From positions 4,304 to 68,303 of the forward strand of contig CALWEQ010000010.1 of the NCBI GenBank assembly GCA_944377365.1: 64,000 bases of DNA, read 5' to 3'. Shown here in pieces: positions 36,450 through 47,588 of this stretch; position 1 is the first letter of the stretch; each line of letters starts with the position of its first letter. Made by a program: the position numbers and the translations under genes. The stretch is from an uncultured Clostridia bacterium. GTDB taxonomy: Bacteria; Bacillota; Clostridia; Christensenellales; UBA1242. Below the pieces are notes generated by a model. That model searched no databases, had not been told where the DNA came from, and saw only the letters and a list, made by a program, of their open reading frames with translations.

Positions 36450-37736
36450 ATGATTGACATCAATATTTTAAGAAACAATCCAGAATTAGTAAAAGAAAAT
36501 ATCAAAAGAAAATTTCAAGATCAAAAATTGCCACTAGTTGACGAAGTCGTAGAGCTTGACAAAACCTTGCGCTTGTTAAAAAAAGAAGGAGATGACAAAA
36601 GACGCGAAAAAAACGAAACTTCATCTCAAATTGGAAAATTAATAGCACAAGGGAAAAAAGATGAAGCTGAAAAAATGAAAGCACTAGTTGGAAAAATTAA
36701 TAAAAGAATAACAGAAATAGAAGACGAAGAACAAAAGATTTCTGCTCGTGTTAAAAAGATTATGTTGACCATACCAAACTTCGTTTCAGCTGATGTTCCT
36801 GTTGGTAAAGATGACTCGGAGAATGTTCAATTAAACACTTATTTGGAGGCTAAAGAAAAGCCTTTTGAAGTGCCTTATCACACAGAGATTTTAGAAAAAT
36901 TAGGTGGCATTGACCTTGACAGTGCTCGTAGAACAAGTGGACAGGGGTTTTATTACTTGACAGGAGATATTGCAAGATTGCATTCAGCAATTTTGACTTA
37001 TGCTCGTGATTTTATGATTGATCGCGGTTATACTTATGTTATACCGCCATACATGATTCGTAGCGACGTGGTAAGTGGCGTTATGTCTTTTGATGAAATG
37101 GACAACATGATGTATAAAATTGAAGGTGAAGATTTATATTTAATAGGCACCAGCGAGCACTCTATGATAGGCAGGTTTATGAACACAATTTTAGACGAAA
37201 AAAGTTTACCATTAAAGTTAACAAGCTATTCACCATGTTTTAGGAAGGAAAAAGGAGCCCATGGCATTGAAGAACGCGGGATATATAGAATTCATCAATT
37301 CGAAAAACAAGAAATGATAATTGTTTGTAAGCCTGAAGATAGCGACAAATATTATGATGAATTATGGCAAAACACGGTTGATTTTTTTGTTTCAATGCAA
37401 ATTCCTGTTCGTACTTTGGCTTGTTGCACAGGCGATTTGGCAGATTTAAAATATAAAAGTTTAGACGTTGAAGCATGGAGCCCACGACAAAAAAAATATT
37501 TTGAAGTTGGGTCTTGTTCCAATTTGACAGATGCTCAAGCTCGTCGACTAGGTATAAGATACAAAACTGAAAAAGGCAATGTTTTTGCACATACTTTAAA
37601 CAACACCGTTGTAGCACCACCAAGAATGATTATTGCTTTTGTTGAGAATCATTTAAATGCTGATGGTTCTGTGAATATACCACCAGTATTGCAACCTTAT
37701 ATGGGTGGCAAAACTAAAATAGAAATTAAAAAATAG
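36450..37736 (+). CDS. serS: Serine--tRNA ligase
   Basis: MIDINILRNNPELVKENIKRK, a coiled-coil arm, class II motifs (FRKEKGAHG, TLNNTVVAPPR). The ATG at 36450 follows an AAGGAG RBS. Confidence 0.95.
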   Translation: MIDINILRNNPELVKENIKRKFQDQKLPLVDEVVELDKTLRLLKKEGDDKRREKNETSSQIGKLIAQGKKDEAEKMKALVGKINKRITEIEDEEQKISARVKKIMLTIPNFVSADVPVGKDDSENVQLNTYLEAKEKPFEVPYHTEILEKLGGIDLDSARRTSGQGFYYLTGDIARLHSAILTYARDFMIDRGYTYVIPPYMIRSDVVSGVMSFDEMDNMMYKIEGEDLYLIGTSEHSMIGRFMNTILDEKSLPLKLTSYSPCFRKEKGAHGIEERGIYRIHQFEKQEMIIVCKPEDSDKYYDELWQNTVDFFVSMQIPVRTLACCTGDLADLKYKSLDVEAWSPRQKKYFEVGSCSNLTDAQARRLGIRYKTEKGNVFAHTLNNTVVAPPRMIIAFVENHLNADGSVNIPPVLQPYMGGKTKIEIKK

Positions 37737-37744
37737 GAGAATTT

Positions 37745-38713
37745 ATGAGGGGAATTTCGCAAAAACTTATCGAGTCAATAGCACAAGAAAATGTTGGTGA
37801 TTTTGCTGAAGCTGTTGAAGAAAAGGTAAAAAACGTTTGTTCTAGTGCTATTGGTGAACTTTCTCTTTCGGTGCCATTTGTAAATATTGACAAAACTTTG
37901 TTACAGCCTGTAAATGAAAATTTTAATGGTTCAGTTAGTGCTGAAAGCGAATATATTTATTTTTTAGCGATAGAAAGCCCGCAAATTGAAATTAATTGTT
38001 TGCAATATAACGATTGGTGGAAAAAATTAAAAGAGCGTTTTGTTTTCGCATGGAATGCTTCAAAAAAGAAAAAGAGGCGCAAAAAGAATAAAGGACAAAA
38101 AGAAACCGAAAATCCCTACAATTTTCAGGCTGAAAAATACAACTTGGAAAAATTTTCATCAGATTTGCAAATTGCATTATCACACAATCTAACAGAAACA
38201 AGCATAGTTTATAATCAAGGAAAAAGTTTAAAAATCATTGGTATTGATGATTTTGGCCCAAACACTAAAATCATAATTTTTCCTGTACTTTTAGAAGAAG
38301 GAACTTACAAATTTTTCATAAATAAAAGAAAAGGTTTTTACAAAATTAATTTCGAAAATAGAGAAAAACTTGTAAATGACAAATTTGAGCGTGTTGGCGA
38401 TAATTTTATTAAAATGATAAAAATAATTAATGCATTAATTAGAAACTCAACAAGAACATATGTTCGACCAAATCAAATTTATGTTGAAAGTTTACTTTAC
38501 AACACTCCAGATGAATTGTTTGCAGGTGACAACATCTACGACATTTTTATTAAAATAATTAATTATTTGAATTTTTCTGACATCTCTCAATTCAAAAGTA
38601 TTTTAAATCCTGAAATGACATTGGCTGAAGACAAAGCTACAAGGACGGCTATTGCAAATTTTTCAAGAGTCCTTAGTGGTCTTAATAATATTAACAATAA
38701 TGATAAAATTTAA
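37745..38713 (+). CDS. Hypothetical protein, 322 aa, starting 8 nt after serS
   Basis: It contains a KKKKRRKKNKGQKE basic patch. The C-terminal IKMIKIINALIRNS...NQIYVESLLYNTPDELF is weakly reminiscent of the helical half of nucleotidyltransferase-fold (SMODS/OAS-like) proteins, but the catalytic acidic motifs are not evident. Confidence 0.45.
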   Translation: MRGISQKLIESIAQENVGDFAEAVEEKVKNVCSSAIGELSLSVPFVNIDKTLLQPVNENFNGSVSAESEYIYFLAIESPQIEINCLQYNDWWKKLKERFVFAWNASKKKKRRKKNKGQKETENPYNFQAEKYNLEKFSSDLQIALSHNLTETSIVYNQGKSLKIIGIDDFGPNTKIIIFPVLLEEGTYKFFINKRKGFYKINFENREKLVNDKFERVGDNFIKMIKIINALIRNSTRTYVRPNQIYVESLLYNTPDELFAGDNIYDIFIKIINYLNFSDISQFKSILNPEMTLAEDKATRTAIANFSRVLSGLNNINNNDKI

Positions 38714-39115
38714 ATAAGGTTATTTTATAAATCTTTAACAAAATTGTAATATAACAAAATCTTTACAATACTAATACTAATTTAAAATCTTTAGTTTTTA
38801 TTTAACGTAATTTTTGCGTGCACACAAAAATTGATGTTGCTAGAACGAAATAATTTAATTAAGTAAAAGGTGTAAATTTAATTTATGTTGCAATTATTAA
38901 TAAATAGTAAGTTTGATATTCAAAAAATCAATTTTTATTTAGCTGATTTTAATTAGAATAAAAAAATTAAAAAAATAAAATGTTATGATTAAATAACATA
39001 ATATAAGATTTATAATTGTATTATGACGTTATCTCTGCGTAAAAGCTGTCTTTTACGCAGAGATACGTGCGTTTTAAAATGGGCTATTATGTCAACATAA
39101 TACCCCCTATTTTGT

Positions 39116-39145
39116 TTGACAAAGCTAGTAAAATAATTGTATAAT
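39116..39145 (+). promoter_or_regulatory. Sigma-A-type promoter of the PadR-like gene
   Basis: TTGACA (39116-39121), 18 nt, TATAAT (39140-39145). Confidence 0.55.
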
Positions 39146-39164
39146 CACAATAGAGGTTTAAATT

Positions 39165-40817
39165 ATGGAAGTTTTGGCAAAAGGACAGCTTTCTTACATG
39201 ATTCTCTCCTGCTTGAGCGAGAGAGATATGTATGGGCTTGAACTAGTAGATGAAATTAAAAAGAAATATGGAAGAGAGATTAAACTTCCTAGTTTGTATT
39301 CCAATATTAATCGAATGAAAGAACTTAAATACATATCTTCGTATTTAAAAGAAAGTTCAAAAGGGCCAAAGTGTTCTTATTCTAGTATAACTGAAGCTGG
39401 GAGAAAGGCTTTGGCAAATTTAGAAGTCGAATTCGGAGGCTTAAGTAAAGTAAAAGAAATTTCACAAAAAGAAACTAAAGAAGCTGAAGATGAAATTGCT
39501 AAGCCAAAACAAGAAAACGATTTTGAAAATTATTTAACTCAGTCTAACGCTTATTACTCACCTAACAATGAAAATCTTGTTGATGATTATGATGAATACT
39601 TTAACTTAACAGAAGAAGACAATCAAGAGGAGAAAAAAAATAATATTGACATCGAAGAATTAAAAACTGAAGAAGATAAGGCTGATAATGAGCTATCAAA
39701 AGATGAGCTATCAAATGAAAATGATTTTGATAGTGTGATCGAAGAAAAAACTGAAGTTAAAATTGAAACAAACACTCAACAAAATCAAAATAACATAACA
39801 GAAACTAATGAGCAATACAATCAACGTCTTTACAACGCTTCTAGAGATTTTTCAAAAAATAGAAATAAAAAAAGTTACACAGAAAATCAAATTCAACTTG
39901 CAATCTCCCCTGCACCTGCAAAATCATATGATCGTCAAGCACAGGATTTAAGCGAACTTAAATCGGCATTGTTACAATCAAAAGAAGCTAATTATCAAAA
40001 AGCACAAGAAGAATTTAAGATTTTTAATTCTTTAAAAAGTGTCGAAGAAGAAAAAGAACACAAAACACCAGCGATCGTCGATGATGGTGCGTTTATCACA
40101 GAAAGATTGCCAGAAGAAGCCATTCCAAAGCCAAAGAAGATTGAGCCACCAAGACTAAACATAACATTGTCAACACCTGGATACGACAAGAAGTTGCCAG
40201 CTCCAAAGAGAAATGTTTCCGTAGATCCTAATTGTAGCGATGTTAGAGCTAAAATCGAAAGCTTATATGCAAAAGCAGAAACAAAAAAGGAATCTGTTGT
40301 TGAAGTCAATGAAGAATTTGAAAATTATGAAGATCTTTCAAATTATTATCAATCTCAAGGCGTAGATTTCAAAATTTACGAAAGACCAGAGTCAAGAATA
40401 AGACACAACACCAATCTTTTAAATTTGTTTGTTAGCCTTTTCATATTCGGACTTATAGGTGTCGGAAGTGCAATTTTTTATCTGATTTTTAGTTTAGCTA
40501 AGATGACGACAGATGCAACAAATTTTGTTTATTATTTATTCCCTATCGTTGCTCTTGTTTATGTTGTTTATTCTTATTACACTTATAAAACAACAGTTAG
40601 CAAAATTCCGAGTCAAATGTGGCATCCTGCTATTGTGTGGAGTTTGTTTGCTTTGTTTATAGCATTAATATTTTTAATAAATTTTGCTTGTGGTGTTTCA
40701 TTCACTGACCCTGTAACATATTTTTCTACTATATTGTTCCCGATCTACGTGTCTGGTTGTGCAACGGTTGGAACTTACTATTCGCAAATTTATGTTTATA
40801 AAAAATATTGGAAATAA
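39165..40817 (+). CDS. Membrane-anchored PadR-family transcriptional regulator (PadR wHTH, then a roughly 300-aa acidic/Q-N-rich linker, then a multi-TM C-terminus)
   Basis: N-terminus LSYMILSCLSERDMYGLELVDEIKKKYGREIKLPSLYSNINRMKELKYI is a PadR-type wHTH. The C-terminal roughly 150 aa contain about 4-5 hydrophobic helices, such as LFVSLFIFGLIGVGSAIFYLIF. Confidence 0.65.
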   Translation: MEVLAKGQLSYMILSCLSERDMYGLELVDEIKKKYGREIKLPSLYSNINRMKELKYISSYLKESSKGPKCSYSSITEAGRKALANLEVEFGGLSKVKEISQKETKEAEDEIAKPKQENDFENYLTQSNAYYSPNNENLVDDYDEYFNLTEEDNQEEKKNNIDIEELKTEEDKADNELSKDELSNENDFDSVIEEKTEVKIETNTQQNQNNITETNEQYNQRLYNASRDFSKNRNKKSYTENQIQLAISPAPAKSYDRQAQDLSELKSALLQSKEANYQKAQEEFKIFNSLKSVEEEKEHKTPAIVDDGAFITERLPEEAIPKPKKIEPPRLNITLSTPGYDKKLPAPKRNVSVDPNCSDVRAKIESLYAKAETKKESVVEVNEEFENYEDLSNYYQSQGVDFKIYERPESRIRHNTNLLNLFVSLFIFGLIGVGSAIFYLIFSLAKMTTDATNFVYYLFPIVALVYVVYSYYTYKTTVSKIPSQMWHPAIVWSLFALFIALIFLINFACGVSFTDPVTYFSTILFPIYVSGCATVGTYYSQIYVYKKYWK

Positions 40818-40898
40818 TGAATATTCTTTAAAAGTTTGCACATAACACTAATAGGTTAAGTTTTGTGCTTGACCGATAGAGAGAAAACGCGTTTGATA

Positions 40899-41492
40899 TT
40901 ATTTGGACGCGTTTTTTCTTATTAAATTAGAAACAAGTTCTATTAAAATAAATATTGCCAGTATGCAAAGAGAGAAATATAAAATTTGAAGTGTTGAGTT
41001 TTCAAAAAACAAGCAAACGATCAAAATTATTGAGCAAGCTATTGCACTTCCTGTACAAATTCCTATGAAGCTTTGCCAAACTTTTAAAGACGTAAAACCG
41101 GCTATAATGCTCCCCGACCACACACCTGTCATTGGTAAAGGAACAGCAACGAAGGTGGATAATAAAAAAATCTTTTTAAATGTAGATGTGCCAGCAGATA
41201 TCTTATTAATTTTCTTTTGAAATCGATTTTTTGAAATGTCAGTTAAATATTTATTTTTAAATTTTTTTGTAAGAAGTATGACAGGAACACATGGAATTAT
41301 TGAACCCAAAAAAGCTGAAACAAATGCACATAAAGGAGTTAAAGTGTTTTCTGCAAGCAACTGTGTTGACAACGCAAAAGGAATAGCTATTCTACCCTCT
41401 AACCCAGGTATTAAAGCTATTATTAATGTTGCTAAAAAGCTATTATCAGCGAAAAACGATGCAATATTTTCTAAAAGCATACTACAATCCAT
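40899..41492 (-). CDS. Small multidrug export-like membrane protein (COG2426 / Sm_multidrug_ex family)
   Basis: ALIPGLEGRIAIPFAL plus several TM helices. The start is uncertain (ATG at 41492 or 41480); the upstream part of the ORF track entry looks non-coding. Confidence 0.55.
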   Translation of the reverse strand: MDCSMLLENIASFFADNSFLATLIIALIPGLEGRIAIPFALSTQLLAENTLTPLCAFVSAFLGSIIPCVPVILLTKKFKNKYLTDISKNRFQKKINKISAGTSTFKKIFLLSTFVAVPLPMTGVWSGSIIAGFTSLKVWQSFIGICTGSAIACSIILIVCLFFENSTLQILYFSLCILAIFILIELVSNLIRKNASK

Positions 41493-41947
41493 TTTATGAA
41501 AAATATCAGATTTTAGAATATGCAAATATTTATGTAAGAAATGAATTCTTATTTTAAAAATTAAGTATATTCTTATTATACATGTAAAAAGGTTTAAGTT
41601 TTTGCACTTATATCTTAAATACAAACAAAACAAAAATTGAAGATGATAAAATCATTAATTTACAGTCGAAACTTGCGTAGCTACAAATTCAGAAATGTTT
41701 TTAGTCTCCGATTTTTCAGCAAACACATGTCCGCCTTCTTTTTAATATTGCTTGATTTTTAACATAAAGAGTGCCATCGCCTTCATCAAGTTTTATATAG
41801 TAAAAAAACAAACTTTGTTTTATAAAAAAAGAAAAACGCCGTTAAAATAATAAAATACTTTATTGCGTTTTTCTATTTTTAGATCAAGAATTTTCTCTTA
41901 ACCTAAGTTTAATTTGTACATAAAAAAGGCTTTTATACATAAGAAAC

Positions 41948-41970
41948 AAAAAAAGGTCATTGTTTGACCT
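41948..41970 (-). terminator. Rho-independent terminator after rny (bidirectional-looking)
   Basis: Stem AGGTCA/TGACCT flanked by an A-run and a T-run. Confidence 0.6.
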
Positions 41971-41978
41971 TTTTTACA

Positions 41979-43565
41979 TTATTTTGCAGTTTCAGTAAAT
42001 CTTGATTCTCTGATGACGTTAACTTTAATTTGGCCTGGATATTGCATTTCATCTTCTATGCGTTTTGCAATATCCTTAGCTAAAAACATCGCATCGTTGT
42101 CAGATATTTGGTCTGGTTTTACAATAATGCGCACTTCTCTTCCAGCCTGAACTGCGAAAGCTTTTTCAACTCCTTTAAAGCTGGATGAGATTTCTTCAAG
42201 CTGTTGGAGACGTTTGATATAATTTTCAAAGCTTTCACGTCTTGCACCAGGCCTTGTGCTTGAAATTGCATCAGCAATTTGGACTATTACCGCTTCAACT
42301 GATTTAAATTCAACATTAAAGTGATGTGCTTCAATGCAGTGAATTACAGCAGGGTTTTCTTTGTACTTAGTTGCTAAGTCCACACCGATCTGAACATGAG
42401 TTCCTTCGACTTCATGGTCGAGAGCTTTTCCTATGTCATGTAAAAGCCCGCCACGAAGTGCAATTTTAGCATCTGCTCCTAGTTCAGTAGCAATTTGCCC
42501 AGCAATAATGGCAGTTTCAATGCTGTGTTTCAAGCAGTTTTGACCATAACTTGTCCTAAATTTTAAACGGCCTAAAATCTTAACTAATTCTGGATGAAGA
42601 TTGTAAATGCCAACTTCTTCACAAGCTTTGTCACCAGCATCTTTAATTGCTTTGTCAACTTCTTTTGACATTCTTTCAACTATTTCTTCTATTCTTGTTG
42701 GATGAATTCTTCCGTCAACTATGAGTTTTTCTAAACTCAATCTTGCAATTTCTCTTCTAATTGGATCAAAAGATGAAATTGTAATGCTTTCAGGTGTGTC
42801 GTCTACAATAAGTTCAACACCTGTTGCGCTTTCAATAGCTCTAATGTTTCTGCCTTCTCTACCAATTATTCTGCCCTTCATTTCATCGGTTGGGAGTGCC
42901 ACAACAGACACTGTCATTTCGGTTGACAAGTCCGTCGCACACTTTTGAATTGCGCTAGCAACAATGTCACGAGCTTTTTTGTCGCCTTCTTCTTTTGCTT
43001 GGTCTTCTATTTTTCTAATGATGTTTCCGGCTTCTTTTTTTGCCTCTTCTGTCATGTTTGCAACAAGCAAATCTTTTGCTTCTTGCTTTTTCATGCCACT
43101 AATTTTTTCTAGCGTTGCAAGCATGTCATTTTTTATTTTAATTTGTTCGTCAATCTCTTTTGTAAGTTTTTCTTTGTCTTCAACAACGCGTTGCTTTTCA
43201 GCTTCAATTTGTTCACTTTTTCTGTCAAGAGAAAGCTCTTTTGTTTCTATAAATTTTTCCCTTTCAGTCAGTCTTTCTTCTGATTTTTGAATTTCAATCC
43301 GCCTTTCTTTTAATTCGCTTTCAACTTCATCGCGATATTTGTGGCTTGCTTCTTTTGCTTCTAATGAAGCCTCTTTTTTTATTGTCTTTGCTTCTGCGTA
43401 TGCCTCTTCGATAATACGAACAGCGTTCGATTTTGATTTACCGAGTTTTTTAGTTGCAATCAATTTATACAAACCTATTCCGCCCCCTATCCCAACAGCG
43501 AAACAGACAAGTGCAATCACAACGGCAATCGCAGGAGTCACAGCACAAAGAATTGCTATGCTCAT
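41979..43565 (-). CDS. rny: Ribonuclease Y
   Basis: N-terminal TM segment, coiled coil, KH domain (GRIIGREGRNIR), HD domain (LLHDIGKAL). Confidence 0.95.
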   Translation of the reverse strand: MSIAILCAVTPAIAVVIALVCFAVGIGGGIGLYKLIATKKLGKSKSNAVRIIEEAYAEAKTIKKEASLEAKEASHKYRDEVESELKERRIEIQKSEERLTEREKFIETKELSLDRKSEQIEAEKQRVVEDKEKLTKEIDEQIKIKNDMLATLEKISGMKKQEAKDLLVANMTEEAKKEAGNIIRKIEDQAKEEGDKKARDIVASAIQKCATDLSTEMTVSVVALPTDEMKGRIIGREGRNIRAIESATGVELIVDDTPESITISSFDPIRREIARLSLEKLIVDGRIHPTRIEEIVERMSKEVDKAIKDAGDKACEEVGIYNLHPELVKILGRLKFRTSYGQNCLKHSIETAIIAGQIATELGADAKIALRGGLLHDIGKALDHEVEGTHVQIGVDLATKYKENPAVIHCIEAHHFNVEFKSVEAVIVQIADAISSTRPGARRESFENYIKRLQQLEEISSSFKGVEKAFAVQAGREVRIIVKPDQISDNDAMFLAKDIAKRIEDEMQYPGQIKVNVIRESRFTETAK

Positions 43566-43714
43566 ACTTTCACCCCTTTTCTTAAAATTTGGTTATTTTA
43601 ACCTTGTTAAAATTATACCCAATTTTTAAGTTTAAGTCAAACAAAATTTTATTTAAACAAAATGTCATAAAATTTCCATTACTACAAATAGATTAAATCA
43701 AATCATATAAAAAT

Positions 43715-44869
<1,155 letters not shown>

Positions 44870-44890
44870 TTAATAACACAACAGATTGTG

Positions 44891-45919
44891 TTATATAAAC
44901 AAACAGGCATCTCCAAAACTGAAAAAACGATATTTTTCATTTATTGCTTCATTATAAACTTTCATAGTTTCATCTCTGCCTATAAATGCTGAAACAAGCA
45001 TAATCAAAGTGCTCTCAGGAAGATGGAAGTTTGTTATAAGCCCAGTTGTAACTTTAAAATCATAAGGAGGATAAATAAAAATTTTAGTTTCTCTTTTTTG
45101 TGGTATAATTTTTCCTGATTCATCACATGAGCTTTCTAAAACTCTCACACTCGTTGTGCCTACTGCAATAATTCTTCGACCTTCATATTTGGCTTGATTT
45201 AAAATTTCTGCATTTTCTTTGGTCATTTCAAAAAATTCTGAGTGCATATCGTGTTTTAGTATGTTGTCTTCTTTCACTGGTCTAAATGTTCCCAACCCCA
45301 CGTGTAGAAGAACTTTAACAATCTTTACGCCCATATCTTCTATTTTTTTAAGAAGTTGTGGAGTAAAATGCAAGCCAGCAGTTGGAGCTGCAGATGAACC
45401 TTCAACTTTTGCATAAACTGTTTGATATCTCGATTGATCTTTTAATTTTTCTTTAATGTAAGGTGGCAAAGGCATTGTTCCGATTTCAGACAAATGGTGC
45501 TCGAAAATTCCATCAAAATCAAAATGCATTTCGCAAAGACCATCATCAAGCTTTTTTGTTATAACACAACTTAAGTTTTTACTGAAAATTATTTTGTCCC
45601 CTATTTTTAATCGTTTTAAGGGTCTTGCCAAACATTCCCAATTTCTTAAATCTATCCTTTTATGCAATAAAACTTCAATTTTTGCACCACTTTCTTTATA
45701 GCCATATAGTCGCGCAGGCAAAACCTTTGTGTCGTTTATCACAAGGATATCACCTTTTTTTAAATAGTCTGTTATATCATAAAAATGCTTATGTTCAATT
45801 TTTTTTGTGTTTTTATGATAAACAAGTAACCGAGAATGATCACGCGGTTCTATTGGTGTTTGCGCAATCAAACTTTCAGGCAAATCATAGTAATAACTTT
45901 TTTTACTTAATAAATCCAT
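44891..45919 (-). CDS. queA: S-adenosylmethionine:tRNA ribosyltransferase-isomerase
   Basis: YDLPESLIAQTPIEPRDHSRLLV...GSSAAPTAGLHFT...FFSFGDACL. Confidence 0.95.
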   Translation of the reverse strand: MDLLSKKSYYYDLPESLIAQTPIEPRDHSRLLVYHKNTKKIEHKHFYDITDYLKKGDILVINDTKVLPARLYGYKESGAKIEVLLHKRIDLRNWECLARPLKRLKIGDKIIFSKNLSCVITKKLDDGLCEMHFDFDGIFEHHLSEIGTMPLPPYIKEKLKDQSRYQTVYAKVEGSSAAPTAGLHFTPQLLKKIEDMGVKIVKVLLHVGLGTFRPVKEDNILKHDMHSEFFEMTKENAEILNQAKYEGRRIIAVGTTSVRVLESSCDESGKIIPQKRETKIFIYPPYDFKVTTGLITNFHLPESTLIMLVSAFIGRDETMKVYNEAINEKYRFFSFGDACLFI

Positions 45920-45941
45920 AAAGTTCGTCCATTAACAAAAA

Positions 45942-46982
45942 TTATAAGTTTTCTTTTTTGTTCCCTTTTTTAGTGTTTTCATTTTTGTTGTCAAAATTTT
46001 CGCCAAGATGCTTGTAAGCAAGTTCGGTCGCAACCCTTCCTCTAGGTGTTCTTGCTACAAAGCCCAGCTGTAAAAGATATGGTTCATAAACGTCTTCAAT
46101 TGTGGTGGCATCTTCGCTGATTGTGGCGGCGAGTGTGTCGAGCCCAACAGGACCTCCGCCAAATTTATGAATTATTGACGACAATATTTTTCGGTCAATG
46201 AAATCTAACCCGAGATCATCTATTTCCATTATATCAAGCGTTGAATCCGCTATTTCTTTGGTTATTTTCCCCTCGCCTTTCACATCTGCATAATCACGAA
46301 TTCTTTTTAGAAGTCTGTTTGCAATTCTAGGAGTTCCACGAGAGCGTTTGGCAATTTCCTCACTAGCTAAATCATCTATTTCGACATTAAGAATTCTTGC
46401 AGAGCGGTTTATTATTATTTTCAACTCATCTGGTGAGTACAATTCCAGCCTACAAATAACTCCAAATCTATCACGTAGCGGATTAGTCAACATTCCTGCT
46501 CTTGTTGTTGCGCCGATAAGGGTGAAAGGTTGAATCTTTAATCGCATGTTTTTTGCAGATGGGCCTTTCCCAACGATAAAGTCTAGTGCAAAATCTTCCA
46601 TAGCAGGATATAAAATTTCTTCTACAGTTTTATGTAGACGATGGATTTCATCGATAAACAAAACGTCGTTTTCATTTAAATTTGTCAAAATCGCGGCTAA
46701 GTCTGCAGCATGTTCAATTGCAGGCCCTGATGTGATTTTTAATTGCGATCCAAGTTCGTTTGCTATAATGTGAGAAAGTGTGGTTTTTCCAAGTCCAGGA
46801 GGCCCATACAATAAAACGTGATCGAGATTTTCTTTCCTTGATTTTGCAGCTTTAATGTAAACTAGCAAACTTTCCACAACTTTTTTTTGACCAACATATT
46901 CGTCAAACGATGTTGGGCGCAAACTGTTTTCAATTTCGGCATCAGTAAGATTTTTTGTGCTTGTTATAAATCTATCTTCCAT
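45942..46982 (-). CDS. ruvB: Holliday junction branch migration helicase RuvB
   Basis: [12 protein letters not shown], Walker [10 protein letters not shown], Walker [10 protein letters not shown]. Confidence 0.95.
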   Translation of the reverse strand: MEDRFITSTKNLTDAEIENSLRPTSFDEYVGQKKVVESLLVYIKAAKSRKENLDHVLLYGPPGLGKTTLSHIIANELGSQLKITSGPAIEHAADLAAILTNLNENDVLFIDEIHRLHKTVEEILYPAMEDFALDFIVGKGPSAKNMRLKIQPFTLIGATTRAGMLTNPLRDRFGVICRLELYSPDELKIIINRSARILNVEIDDLASEEIAKRSRGTPRIANRLLKRIRDYADVKGEGKITKEIADSTLDIMEIDDLGLDFIDRKILSSIIHKFGGGPVGLDTLAATISEDATTIEDVYEPYLLQLGFVARTPRGRVATELAYKHLGENFDNKNENTKKGNKKENL

Positions 46983-46984
46983 TT

Positions 46985-47578
46985 TTAACTCCTGTATGAT
47001 CTAAGAGATTTTGATATAATTTCTTCTGCACTTGTGTTTGGCCCAGCATTACTTTTAGCTAACAAGTAAGCTTCGTTTTTGTTTATTCCAAGCGAAATAA
47101 GTGTTTCTATAGCAAGGTTTAATGCATCTTCATCGTATTCAAATTTTTGCATAGAAATTTCATTAATGTTTTGGCTTGGCGACAACTTGTCTTTTAATTC
47201 TAAACACAATCTTTCAGCAGTTTTTTTGCCTAGTCCTTTAATCGATGAAAGGGCACGAACGTCTTCTTTAATTATCGAAATGATTAAATCTGATAGTGGC
47301 ATCCCCGAGAGTATGCTTAAAGCTAATTTTGGTCCAACTCCAGAAACTTCAATTAATCTTAAAAATAAATTTTTTTCTTCAAAAGTTGAAAAGCCGTATA
47401 GTGAAACGTCGTCTTCCCTAACTGTCATATGAGTTAAAACTTTTACTGTTTCACCACGTTCTGGCAAAGAAAGAAATGTGGATTTAGAAATTGACAAATC
47501 AAAGCCTATTCCATTCACGTCAACAGTTAAACTATCTTCTCTTTTTTCTTCAATAATTCCAACAAGAAATGCAATCAT
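46985..47578 (-). CDS. ruvA: Holliday junction DNA-binding protein RuvA
   Basis: [12 protein letters not shown]...LYGF...[16 protein letters not shown]...[12 protein letters not shown] HhH motifs. The ATG at 47578 follows an AAAGGAG RBS. Confidence 0.92.
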   Translation of the reverse strand: MIAFLVGIIEEKREDSLTVDVNGIGFDLSISKSTFLSLPERGETVKVLTHMTVREDDVSLYGFSTFEEKNLFLRLIEVSGVGPKLALSILSGMPLSDLIISIIKEDVRALSSIKGLGKKTAERLCLELKDKLSPSQNINEISMQKFEYDEDALNLAIETLISLGINKNEAYLLAKSNAGPNTSAEEIISKSLRSYRS

Positions 47579-47588
47579 CTTTTCTCCT

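Noticed and set aside
35236-40817. An integrase-marked genomic island or prophage (recombinase plus unknown genes plus AT-rich spacers)
   Set aside because: There are no phage, conjugation, transposase or toxin genes. The essential serS lies inside the segment, no flanking direct repeats were seen, and no tRNA gene is adjacent.
41640-41940. Short reading frames or a possible gene fragment in the 340-bp spacer between the export-like gene and rny, for example ...KLDEGDGTLYVKNQAILKRRRTCVC on the minus strand
   Set aside because: There is no start codon or RBS and the frames are under 35 codons. This is at most a decayed remnant and cannot be supported from sequence alone.
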